Shown here one piece after another: positions 38,301 to 47,520 of a DNA stretch of 64,000 nucleotides. The DNA is taken from positions 99,639 through 163,638 of the forward strand of contig CAVUSX010000019.1 of NCBI GenBank assembly GCA_963744275.1. The letters are read 5' to 3'. Position 1 is the stretch's first letter. Every line of letters begins with the position of its first letter. The DNA is from an uncultured Alphaproteobacteria bacterium (GTDB lineage Bacteria; Pseudomonadota; Alphaproteobacteria; Rhizobiales; Xanthobacteraceae). The position numbers and the translations under genes were made by a program. The notes under the pieces are model-generated. The model was not told the DNA's origin, searched no databases, and saw nothing but the letters and a program-made list of their open reading frames with translations.

Positions 38301-39580
38301 AGCAGCATGTTGACGAGCTTCAAGAGCCGCAGCGCGTTGCGATGCGCCACCTCGACGAGACCACGCGGCTGCGGCGTGTCGTTGCGATCCGGTCTCGCCA
38401 GCAGCTCCTCGAGCGGACTCAGCATCAAGGTCAGCGGGGTGCGGAACTCGTGACTGACGTTGGAGAAGAAGGCGGTTTTTGCCCGGTCCAGCTCGGCCAG
38501 CGCCTCGGCGCGCTTGCGCTCATCTTCGTAGGCGGTGGCATTCGCTATACCGGACGCGATCTGCCCCGCCATCAGGGTCAGAAAGCCGCCATAGCTGTCG
38601 TCGAACCCGCGGTACGGGTTGAGGCCGACGACCAGAAATCCCGCGGATTTATCCTGGCCCCGCCGGGCCACCGGAACGATGGCGGCCTGCGCCGGCGGCT
38701 TGTCCCAGGCGCCTGCCGGCAGGCCGGCGAATTCCGGGCGCAAGTCCGTGATGACGATCGGCGAGGTGGCGGCGGCCAATTTGCTCACTGGCCAGGGACA
38801 ATCCGGGCGCCCGATGTCCATGACCGGGGCGGCTGCGACATGGCCGGCGGCGAGCCCGGTCGAGCCGGCAAGGCGGGCCTTCGTCCCATCCGCGTCGAAA
38901 AGGTAGGTGAGGGTGAACGGCAGATCCCGCGGGTTGGCCTCGAGCGAACGGGTCACGGCCGCAAAGACTTCCTCTCGCCGATGGCTTCCGGCCAGCTCCG
39001 AGGAGAGCTCCCGCAACGTCGTCAATCGCCGCTCGCCGATGACGCGTTCGGTTTCCTCGGTGACCACGCAGAGCATGCCGGCCACCCGTCCGGCGTCGTC
39101 CGCGAGCGGGCTGTAGGAGAACGTATGGTAGGTCTCCTCGGTATATCCGCTGCGCTCGAGGAACAAGAGCAGCGCCTGCTCCCAGGTCGCCTCTCCGCTG
39201 GCGAGCACCGCCTCGATGCGCGGGCCGATGTCCTTCCAAATCTCCGCCCAGACCTTCTGGGTCGGCATTCCAAGCGCCCCTGGATGCTTGACCCCGAGGG
39301 TGGGACGGTAGGCGTCGTTGTAGAAAAAGCTGAGCTCTTCGCCCCAGCACATCCACATCGCGTAGCGCGACGTGAGCATGATCCGCACAACCGTCTTGAG
39401 GCTTTGCGGCCAAGCCGCCGGCTCGCCGAGCCAACTCGAGGACCAATCCTTGGCGCGGATGAGCGCGCCCATCTCTCCCCCGCCGGCCAGGAAGGATGGC
39501 AAATCGCCACCCTCCTCGGAACCCACTGCGGCACGCACCTGAGAAACCATTCCCCGTCCTCGAAGACGCCCGAACATCAC
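35365..39580 (-). pseudogene. Tandem hybrid sensor kinase (PAS-GAF-HisKA-HATPase-REC-GAF-HisKA-HATPase-REC), split by a 1-nt frameshift near 37180-37192
   Basis: The upstream ORF (36821-39580) runs through [12 protein letters not shown], the GxGIGLA ATPase and REC ([10 protein letters not shown]...SDVMMP), ending ...[10 protein letters not shown]. The next frame (35365-37140) continues [26 protein letters not shown] (GAF), GVAHDFNNLL (HisKA), HATPase and REC (KILLVDDDHGV...IDFAMP). The real start may be the ATG at 39550. Confidence 0.75.
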
Positions 39581-39702
39581 CTAACCGCGCGGCTGCCATT
39601 TGGTTCCATACCCCGGGGGGCATAGGCGGCGCGGGCCCCGGTATCGACGGCGCCCGCGGCTCGTGTAGGGTCGTTTGCGGACAACTCCTGCAAGGCGAAG
39701 AC

Positions 39703-40089
39703 ATGCCGGCGAGCAAGATATTCCAAGGCCTGCGCGTTCTCCTGGTCGAGGACGAGGTGATGATTTGCCTCTTGCTCGAGGACATGCTGCACGAGTTTGG
39801 CTGCGAGATCGTCGGCCCGGCTTGCGATCTCGAGCGCGCCACCGACCTGGCGCGAAGCGAGGAGGGCATCGATGCCGCCATCCTGGACGTGAATCTCGGC
39901 GGCCAGGTGGTTTTCCCGGTCGCGGAAATCCTCGCCGAGCGAGGGGTGCCGATCTTGTTCTCGACCGGCATGGGTGTGGACGGGCTTCCCGAGGCTTGGC
40001 GCCGGCATGAAACGATTCAGAAGCCGATGAGCATGGACCAGCTCGCCGCCAAGCTCGGCAATGTGTTGCAGGATCGCGGCCGGGGCTGA
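39703..40089 (+). CDS. Single-domain response regulator (CheY-like receiver)
   Basis: LRVLLVEDEVMICLLLEDML...AILDVNLGG...LFSTGMG...QKP. Paralog of 46986-47369. Confidence 0.85.
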   Translation: MPASKIFQGLRVLLVEDEVMICLLLEDMLHEFGCEIVGPACDLERATDLARSEEGIDAAILDVNLGGQVVFPVAEILAERGVPILFSTGMGVDGLPEAWRRHETIQKPMSMDQLAAKLGNVLQDRGRG

Positions 40090-40281
40090 CTCTATCGCGG
40101 CGGCCGGCACCGTGGCGCTCGCCCCTGCGGGCGCCCTTCGTGCCATGCACGATAGCGAACACCCGGACCCCGAGGCTTGCCAAATCAAGCCGGGTTTGCA
40201 ACCAGGAGATTGACCCAATCCTCGACCACCGCGGCGGATCGGCGCTGCGGCGCCGGTCGTCAGACTACGGTGTGAACCTAC

Positions 40282-42171
40282 GTGTCTTCCCCAGGATCAG
40301 CCCCCGCCCCGGCCGGCCGCGAGAGCAGCTCTCTCGCTACCCTGCATTGGGGCTTGGTGTTCACCACGGCGTTGGTGGCGGCGATCGTGGTCGCCACCTT
40401 CTGGCTCAGCGACCGCACCCGGAGCGACGATGAATGGGTGCGCCACACCCTCTCGGTCCGCAACCAGCTCGCCCAGGTCCTGACCCTGGTGCAGGGGGCG
40501 GAAAGCGGACAACGCGGCTATTTGCTCACCGGCGGCGCCACCTATCTCGCCCCCTACGACACCGCCGTACGGCAGATGCCGGAAACGCTCGACCGGGCTT
40601 CAGCTCTCGTCAGCGACAACCCCCAGCAGCAGCAGGCGCTCGGCCAGCTCCGTGCCCTCATCGACGACAAGCTCGCGGAGCTGCGCAGCACGGTCGAGGC
40701 ACGCAAGGCCAACCGTGCCGAGGCTGCGCTCGCGACCGTGAACTCCGACGAAGGCCGCCGTACCATGGACGAGATCAGGGCGCTGCTCGCGACCATGGAG
40801 GCGGAGGAGAACCGGCTGCTGGCGGACCGGCAGGCGAGCGCCGTCACCTCCAGCACCATGCTGCGCTGGGGGGTGGGTGCGAGCTTCGCCCTGGTCTGCG
40901 TCCTGGGCGCGCTGATCGGTTACTTCACCCGCCACTCGTTCGCACAGGTCGCGGCGGCGCGCGACCGGCTCATGGCCGCCAATGCGGAGCTGGTCGAGCA
41001 GGTGCGCCGGCGCGAGCAGGTCGAGAGCCAGCTCCGGCAGTCGCAAAAGATGGAGGCGATCGGCCAATTGTCCGGCGGTATCGCCCACGACTTCAACAAC
41101 ATGCTCGGCGTCATCATGGGCGCGCTCGACCTCATGCAACGGCGTGTCCGCGTGGGCGATTTCGGCATCGAACGCTTCATGCAGGCGGCGATCAAGGCGA
41201 GCGAGCGCGCCGCCGGCCTGACCCACCGCCTGCTCGCCTTCGCGCGTCAGCAGCCGCTCGCCCCGGAGCCGGTCAATGCCAACAAGCTGATCGGCAACAT
41301 GTCGGATCTCTTGCGCTCCACCTTGGGCGAGCATATCCGGATCGAGACGGTGTCGGCGGCCGGGTTATGGCTGACCAAAGCGGATGCCCATCAGCTCGAG
41401 AGCGCGATTCTCAACGTCGCGATCAACGCCCGCGACGCGATGCCGGACGGCGGCAATTTGACGATCGAAACCGGCAACGTATTTCTCGACGACGCCTATT
41501 GTCGTCAAAACGCCGAGGCCGAGCCCGGGCAATTCGTCATGCTCGCCGTCAGCGACACCGGCACCGGCATGGCGCCGGAGGTCGCTGCGCGGGTGTTCGA
41601 TCCGTTCTTCACCACCAAGCCGGCGGGCCGGGGAACCGGGCTCGGCTTGAGCCAGGTCTACGGCTTCATCAAGCAGTCGCGCGGGCATATCAAGGTGTAC
41701 TCGGAACCGGGTGCCGGCACTTCGGTGAAGATCTACCTCCCGCGCCTGATCGGCGAAACGGAAAAGCTGGAGCGCGCGCGGCCGCCGGCGATACAGAAGG
41801 GCTATGCGGGCGAGCTCGTCCTGGTGGTCGAGGATGATCAGCTGATGCGGCAAATGAGCGTCGATGCGCTGACCGACCTCGGCTACGGCGTCATCGACAG
41901 CGAGAGCGCGATGGAGGCGTTGCGCATTCTCGATGGCCGGCCGGACGTCAAGTTGCTGTTCACCGACGTCGTGATGCCGGAGATGAACGGGAAAAAGCTC
42001 GCGGACGAGGCCCTGCGCCGCCGGCCCGATCTCAAGATCCTGTTCACCACCGGCTACACCCCGAACGCCGTGGTGCACGGCGGCGTGCTCGATCCGGGCG
42101 TGAATTTCCTGGGCAAGCCGTTCACCTTGGAGCAACTCGCCGCCAAGGTGCGGGCGACCTTGGACGGATGA
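40282..42171 (+). CDS. CHASE3-domain hybrid sensor histidine kinase/response regulator
   Basis: GTG start. TM, then a CHASE3-like periplasmic domain (VRHTLSVRNQLAQVLTLVQGAESGQRGYLLTG...), TM, HisKA (GGIAHDFNNMLGVI), HATPase and a C-terminal REC (LVLVVEDDQLM...TDVVMPEMNG). Confidence 0.85.
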   Translation: MSSPGSAPAPAGRESSSLATLHWGLVFTTALVAAIVVATFWLSDRTRSDDEWVRHTLSVRNQLAQVLTLVQGAESGQRGYLLTGGATYLAPYDTAVRQMPETLDRASALVSDNPQQQQALGQLRALIDDKLAELRSTVEARKANRAEAALATVNSDEGRRTMDEIRALLATMEAEENRLLADRQASAVTSSTMLRWGVGASFALVCVLGALIGYFTRHSFAQVAAARDRLMAANAELVEQVRRREQVESQLRQSQKMEAIGQLSGGIAHDFNNMLGVIMGALDLMQRRVRVGDFGIERFMQAAIKASERAAGLTHRLLAFARQQPLAPEPVNANKLIGNMSDLLRSTLGEHIRIETVSAAGLWLTKADAHQLESAILNVAINARDAMPDGGNLTIETGNVFLDDAYCRQNAEAEPGQFVMLAVSDTGTGMAPEVAARVFDPFFTTKPAGRGTGLGLSQVYGFIKQSRGHIKVYSEPGAGTSVKIYLPRLIGETEKLERARPPAIQKGYAGELVLVVEDDQLMRQMSVDALTDLGYGVIDSESAMEALRILDGRPDVKLLFTDVVMPEMNGKKLADEALRRRPDLKILFTTGYTPNAVVHGGVLDPGVNFLGKPFTLEQLAAKVRATLDG

Positions 42172-42185
42172 GCGGCGAGCGGGAG

Positions 42186-42262
42186 CATTTTCAGGAAAAT
42201 GCCTGCCCCTGCGGAGGCAGGGGTGGAATCCGGTTTTCCGTCCGAAAATGCGACAATGCAAA
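42186..42262. repeat. Cluster of short hairpins between convergent genes (REP-like, possible bidirectional terminator)
   Basis: CATTTTC-ag-GAAAATG (42186-42201). CCCCTGC-ggag-GCAGGGG (42206-42223). TTTTCcgtccGAAAA follows. There is no T-tract. Confidence 0.4.
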
Positions 42263-42271
42263 AATGCCCGC

Positions 42272-43171
42272 TCAAGCCACCATCGTGCGCTCATCGGTCG
42301 CCGCGCTGCTCTCGTCGGTTTCGTGCGTCGTCACGCTGAACGACTTGAGCACGTTTTTCCCGAATGTCGTGCTGATGGCGACATCGGCGGCGTCGCGGCC
42401 GCGCGCGATCAGCACACGACCGATCCGCGGCACGTTGTGGCGGGCATCGAAGGTGAACCAGCGCCCGCCCACGAAGGCCTCGAACCAGGCGCTGAAATCC
42501 ATGGGCGCCGGATCGGGCGGCACGCCGATGTCGCCCAGATAGCCGGTGCAGTACCGCGCCGGAATATTGAGGCAGCGGCAGAAGGTGACCGCCAGATGCG
42601 TGAAGTCGCGGCAGACGCCGCGCCGCTCCGCGAAGGCCCGGGCCGCCGTCCTGGTGGCATCCGCATGCGGGTAGCCGAATTCGATGTGCCGGTGCACGAA
42701 GTCGCAGATCGCCTGCACCCTGCGCCAGCCTGGAGCCGCGCCACCGAACAGCTCCCAGGCCTTGTCCATCATGAGGTCGGTCTCGCAATAACGGCTGGCC
42801 AGGAGGTACACCAGCGTGTCGTGCGGCAGGCTGGCGACCGCATGCTCTTGCGCCGCGAGATCGATCGGGTCCGGTCGGCCGTTGTCGGCGATGACCGTGC
42901 TGCCCGTCACCCGCAGCTCGCCGGCCGGCGCCAGCACGCGCACGCATTTGTTCCCGAAGCCGTCGACATAGGGCGTAATGGAACGTGGCGGCGAAAAATG
43001 CAGCCTGTCAGGCTTGAGCAAGTCGGCCGCGCGCGAGGGATGGACGTTGAGCATCAAAATCATCGGCGTCGCATCGGCGCACGCGTAGGTCAGGTCGAAG
43101 CCCAGCTGGATTTTCACGATTTTCGCCCACTGTTGGAACGGGTATTCGTAACTAAGCCCGATCGCAACCAT
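42272..43171 (-). CDS. Transglutaminase-like cysteine protease superfamily protein
   Basis: Core GVCRDFTHLAVTFCRCLNIPARYCTGYL...FSAWFEAFVGGRWFTFDARHN (Cys-His-Asp type). The ATG at 43171 is preceded by GAGGGA. An alternative GTG is at 43117. Confidence 0.75.
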   Translation of the reverse strand: MVAIGLSYEYPFQQWAKIVKIQLGFDLTYACADATPMILMLNVHPSRAADLLKPDRLHFSPPRSITPYVDGFGNKCVRVLAPAGELRVTGSTVIADNGRPDPIDLAAQEHAVASLPHDTLVYLLASRYCETDLMMDKAWELFGGAAPGWRRVQAICDFVHRHIEFGYPHADATRTAARAFAERRGVCRDFTHLAVTFCRCLNIPARYCTGYLGDIGVPPDPAPMDFSAWFEAFVGGRWFTFDARHNVPRIGRVLIARGRDAADVAISTTFGKNVLKSFSVTTHETDESSAATDERTMVA

Positions 43172-43737
43172 CAGTTCCCTCAAGGCAGCAGAATAAGACA
43201 GAGGCCTGGGTCTCGATCCGGGCTGCAGACCGATCCAATGGCCCGGTCCAATGGGCCTGGACGGAATCCCAACGCCCACCGCGATGAGCGATAGGTCCGC
43301 CTACGGCCTCTGGCGGGGCCACGCCCACCTACAGCGTGGGCACTTCATGTTTATGTATAGACCAGAGGAAACAGGAGCCGGAGCCCAGAATAATTGCAGG
43401 GAGTGCGATCCAAATAAGCATTTTGCGGACCTCGCGTCTCCACCCTCACGCAGCGGCAAACGTCGGAGCGCCAGTCTGGGTTCCATGCGGCCACCCGGGG
43501 AAGCCGTCCGTGCCGCCAGGCGCCGCGCCGAGATGGCAGCGGGCTCTCAAGCGCAACTGGTCGCCGCCGCTGAACGGGACCGCCTCCCACGCTACCGATC
43601 GACCCCTTCCATCGGGCTGGAACTTTCCGCGAGGGTCCTGCGTTGGGCGCCTTGTCTGCGTGGGTCCGCCTGCGCGGGCGGCTTTCTCGTCCGCGGGCGT
43701 ATCTCTCTCATTAAACGCGACATCCCGGGGGTCTGCG

Positions 43738-45234
43738 ATGGATGCCATGACGCAACTTCTGCCCAGGGCGGCGACCGGAGTCGCCGGCCTCGACGGCATT
43801 CTGGGTGGCGGCATGGCCCGCAACCGTCTTCACTTGCTGGAAGGCAGCCCCGGCACCGGCAAGACCACGATCGCGCTGCAATTCCTGCTGGCAGGCGCGG
43901 CGGCGGGCGAGGTCGGGATTTACGTCAGCTTGGCGGAAACCGAACGCGAGCTGCGCGAAGGCGCCGCCTCGCACGGCTGGACGATCCCGGAAGCGATCGA
44001 GATATTCGAGCTCGTACCGCCCGAAAGCGTGCTCGATCCGGATCAGCACCAGAGCCTGCTTTATTCCTCCGATCTGGAGCTCGGCGAGACCATCCAGCGC
44101 ATCTTCGAAGCCATCCAAAGGCTCAAGCCCAAGCGCGTCGTGATCGACAGCTTGTCCGAGATTCGTCTGCTGGCCCAGAGCTCGTTGCGCTACCGCCGCC
44201 AGATCTTGGCGCTCAAGCACTACTTCGCCCAGCACAACTCCACCGTGATCCTGCTCGACGATCTCACCACCGAGACCACCGATCGGGCGGTCCACAGCAT
44301 CGCTCACAGCGTCCTTCATCTCGACCAGCTGGCGCCGATTTATGGCGGCGAGCGCCGCCGCCTGCGCATCATCAAGTGCCGCGGCCAGAGCTTCGGCGCC
44401 GGTTATCACGACTTCACGATCACGCAAGGCGGCGTGCAGGTGTTTCCGCGCCTGGTGGCGGCCGAGCATCGCAAGGGATATCCCGACCAGGCTCTGTCGA
44501 GCGGAATTCCGCAGCTCGATCAGTTGCTGGGCGGCGGGGTCGCGGCGGGGTCCAGTACGCTGGTGATCGGCCCGGCCGGCACCGGCAAGTCCGTGCTGAT
44601 CCTGCACTGCATCGCCGCCGCCGTCGCCCGCGGCGAGCGCGCCGCGCTGTTCGCCTTCGACGAGGAGCTCGGCCTGCTGTTTGCCCGCGCCAAGGGTCTG
44701 GGCATCGATCTGGCGGCGATGTGCGAGGCCAACAAGCTCTTTGTCGAGCAGGTGGACGCTGCCGAAGTGTCGCCCGGCGAGTTCTCCCATCGGGTACGCC
44801 GCTGCGTCGACCGCGAAGGCATCCGTATCGTGGCGATCGACAGCCTCAACGGCTACCAGGCCGCCATGCCGGAGGAGCAGTTTCTGCTCCTGCACCTGCA
44901 TGAGCTGCTGCAGTACCTGAACCGGCAGGGCGCCGCGACGTTTCTGGCGGTCGCGCAGCACGGCATGATCGGCGACATGAAGCAGACGATCGACGTCACT
45001 TATTTGGCGGACACCGTGATCCTGCTGCGTTATTTCGAGGCGCTGGGGCGGGTGCGGCGGGCGATCTCGGCCATCAAGAAGCGCACCGGATCGCATGAGG
45101 ATACGATCCGCGAATTTCAGATCGGCAGCGGCGGACTTGCCATCGGACCGCCGCTGCGCGCCTTCCAGGGCGTGCTGCGCGGAGTGCCGAGCTATGTGGG
45201 GAAGGCCGAACCCCTCATGGATCAAGCCCCATGA
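43738..45234 (+). CDS. KaiC-like double RecA-domain ATPase (circadian clock protein KaiC homolog)
   Basis: Two RecA/KaiC modules, each with a Walker A (GSPGTGKTT; GPAGTGKSV). The C-terminal ...DTVILLRYFEALGRVRRAISAIKKRTGSHEDTIREFQI parallels KaiC ...DTIILLQYVEIRGEMSRAINVFKMRGSWHDKAIREF. Confidence 0.85.
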   Translation: MDAMTQLLPRAATGVAGLDGILGGGMARNRLHLLEGSPGTGKTTIALQFLLAGAAAGEVGIYVSLAETERELREGAASHGWTIPEAIEIFELVPPESVLDPDQHQSLLYSSDLELGETIQRIFEAIQRLKPKRVVIDSLSEIRLLAQSSLRYRRQILALKHYFAQHNSTVILLDDLTTETTDRAVHSIAHSVLHLDQLAPIYGGERRRLRIIKCRGQSFGAGYHDFTITQGGVQVFPRLVAAEHRKGYPDQALSSGIPQLDQLLGGGVAAGSSTLVIGPAGTGKSVLILHCIAAAVARGERAALFAFDEELGLLFARAKGLGIDLAAMCEANKLFVEQVDAAEVSPGEFSHRVRRCVDREGIRIVAIDSLNGYQAAMPEEQFLLLHLHELLQYLNRQGAATFLAVAQHGMIGDMKQTIDVTYLADTVILLRYFEALGRVRRAISAIKKRTGSHEDTIREFQIGSGGLAIGPPLRAFQGVLRGVPSYVGKAEPLMDQAP

Positions 45235-46932
45235 TAGAGATCCCGCCCCGGTCCGAACGCACGCTCCTGCTCGCGCCGCGCGGCCGCGATGCGGTGGTGG
45301 CGAAGGGAATATTGCGCGACGCCAAGATCCATTCCGAGATTTGCCTCGATCTCGAGGAGCTGGTGCAGGAGCTGCGTCGTGGCGCCGACGTCGCGGTCCT
45401 CACCGAGGAAGCCGCCCGCAGTCCCGACGCGAAGGCGCTCATCGATTGGATTTCGCGCCAGCCGCCCTGGTCGGATTTTCCGTTCGTCCTGCTCACCAAG
45501 CACGGCGGCGGCCTCGAACGAAATCCGGCGGCCGCGCGCCTGACCCAGGAAATGGGCAACGTCACGTTCCTGGAGCGGCCGTTTCATCCGACCACCCTGG
45601 TGAGCGTCGTGCAGACCGGATTGCGCGGTCGGCGTCGCCAATACGAGTGCCGGCGCCTCAACGAGGAGCTCGAATTCGCGGGTGGAGGAGCGCACGCAGG
45701 AGCTCGCGACCGCCAATCGGCAGCTGCTCGGCCAGATCGCCGAGCGCGAGCGGGTGGAGTCCACGCTGCGCCAGATGCAACGGCTGGAGGCGGTCGGGCA
45801 GCTCACCTCGGGCGTCGCGCACGACTTCAACAACCTTCTGACCGTGGTGCTGGGAAACATCGGCTTTCTGGAGAAGGAGCTCGCCGCCAAGGGCATCAAC
45901 GGCAAATCCAGCCAGCGGCTGGGTTACATGCGATCGGCCGCCGAGCGCGGCGCCAAATTGACCGATCAGCTGCTGTCGTTCTCGCGCCGTCAACGCCTGG
46001 AGCCGCAATCGCTCGATCTCAACGAGACCGTCATCGGCATGCGTGATCTTCTGCAGAGCACGATGGGAGGCAGCATCCACATCGAGACCAAGCATCATTG
46101 CGGCCTGTGGCCGGCGCTGGTCGACCCGACCCAGCTCGAGTTGGCCGTCCTCAACCTCGCCATCAATGCGCGCGACGCGATGCAGGTCGGCGGCACCTTG
46201 CAGGTGAAAACCGGGAACGCCAAGCTCGGGCCCGCGCAACGTCCGGAAGATCCTCCGGCCGGCGAATACGTGGCGGTGAGCGTATCCGACACCGGCACCG
46301 GGATGACGGACGATATCCGCGCCAAGGTCTTCGAGCCGTTCTTCACCACCAAGGAGGTCGGCAAGGGCTCGGGCCTGGGCTTGAGCCAGGTGCTCGGCTT
46401 CGCCAAGCAATCGGGCGGGGGAGTGTGTATCGAGTCGCGCCTGGGCGCAGGCACGTCGGTGCACATCTATCTGCCGCGCTCCGAGGCGACACGCGCCAGG
46501 CGGGATCCCCCGCCCATGCGGGTCGCCGGCGCCGAGGTCTATCGCGGCCTGACGATCCTGCTGATCGACGATGACAATGCGGTCCGCGAGGTCACCCGCG
46601 CCACCCTGCATGAGCTCGGTTACAAGGTCCTGGAGGCGGGCAGCGGCGCGGCGGCGCTCGATCTGATCGAGCGCGAGCCCAAGATCGATCTGATGATCGC
46701 CGATTTCGCGATGCCCGGCATGAACGGGGCGGAGGTCGCCCGCCTCGCATGCGCCAAGCGGCCGACACTGCCGGTCTTGTTCGTCACCGGATTTGCCGAC
46801 CGCACCGCGTTGGCCGGAATTGGCGAAGCCCAGATCATCAGCAAGCCCTTCATCGACGATGAGCTCGCCCGCAAGGTCCGGACGGCGCTGGCGGAGAGCA
46901 ATTCGAGGAATGTGATCCGGCTGCGGCGCTGA
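45231..46932 (+). pseudogene. Pseudo-receiver - HisKA - HATPase - REC hybrid histidine kinase, split by a 1-nt frameshift near 45672-45682
   Basis: The ATG overlaps the kaiC-like stop (ATGA). The N-terminal receiver-like fold lacks the acidic pocket. ...RRLNEELE is followed in the next frame by RVEERTQELATANRQL...GVAHDFNNLLTVV, HATPase and a canonical REC (ILLIDDDNAV...ADFAMPGMNG). Confidence 0.8.
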
Positions 46933-46985
46933 CCGAGGCCGCGGAGCGTCGGAGTAGAGGTGTCTTGCAACAACGGGGGCTGTGC

Positions 46986-47369
46986 GTGCCTGACGATATC
47001 CAAGGACTTCGCGTCCTCGTGGTCGAGGACGATTCGTTGATATGCCTCCTGCTCGAGGACATGCTGCTGGAGCTCGGTTGCCAGGTCGTCGGGACCGCGG
47101 CCGATGTCAAGCGCGCGATCGACCTGGCGCAGCGCGAGGAAAGTGTCGATGTCGCCATCCTGGACGTGAACCTGGGCGGCCGGCAGGTGTTTCCGGTAGC
47201 CGAGATCCTGGCCGAGCGAGGGGTGCCGTTCTTGTTCGCGACCGGCATGGGGGCGGACGGGCTGCCCGCCGGCTGGCTCGGCCATTGCTCCGTGCAGAAA
47301 CCGATGACCGTCGAGGGCCTCGGCAACGCGCTTCGCCGCGCCATTCGGGAGCAGGCCAAATCCGGCTAG
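46986..47369 (+). CDS. Single-domain response regulator (CheY-like receiver), paralog of 39703-40089
   Basis: LRVLVVEDDSLICLLLEDML...AILDVNLGG...LFATGMG...QKP. I chose the GTG at 46986 by alignment with the paralog N-terminus (MPASKIFQGLRVL vs VPDDIQGLRVL). The ORF also opens at TTG 46965. Confidence 0.8.
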   Translation: MPDDIQGLRVLVVEDDSLICLLLEDMLLELGCQVVGTAADVKRAIDLAQREESVDVAILDVNLGGRQVFPVAEILAERGVPFLFATGMGADGLPAGWLGHCSVQKPMTVEGLGNALRRAIREQAKSG

Positions 47370-47520
47370 CGGCTCGCGCGGAGATTTTTCTCTTTCAGCC
47401 CTCATGGTGAGGGCGCGGGCAACGCCCGCGCGTCTCGAACCATGGCCGCGCCATGGACAATCGACCCTGAAAGGATCAGCCAACGCCGGCGGAACCGTGA
47501 TAACCAGCGCAAGGCACCAT

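Noticed and set aside
43336-43737. N-terminal extension of the KaiC-like ORF as a possible fused KaiB-like or other domain.
   Set aside because: The translation (MGTSCLCIDQRKQEPEPRIIAGS...) has no thioredoxin/KaiB-like pattern. It is rich in Pro/Arg/Ser and crosses an AT-rich patch. The KaiC homology begins at Met 43738.
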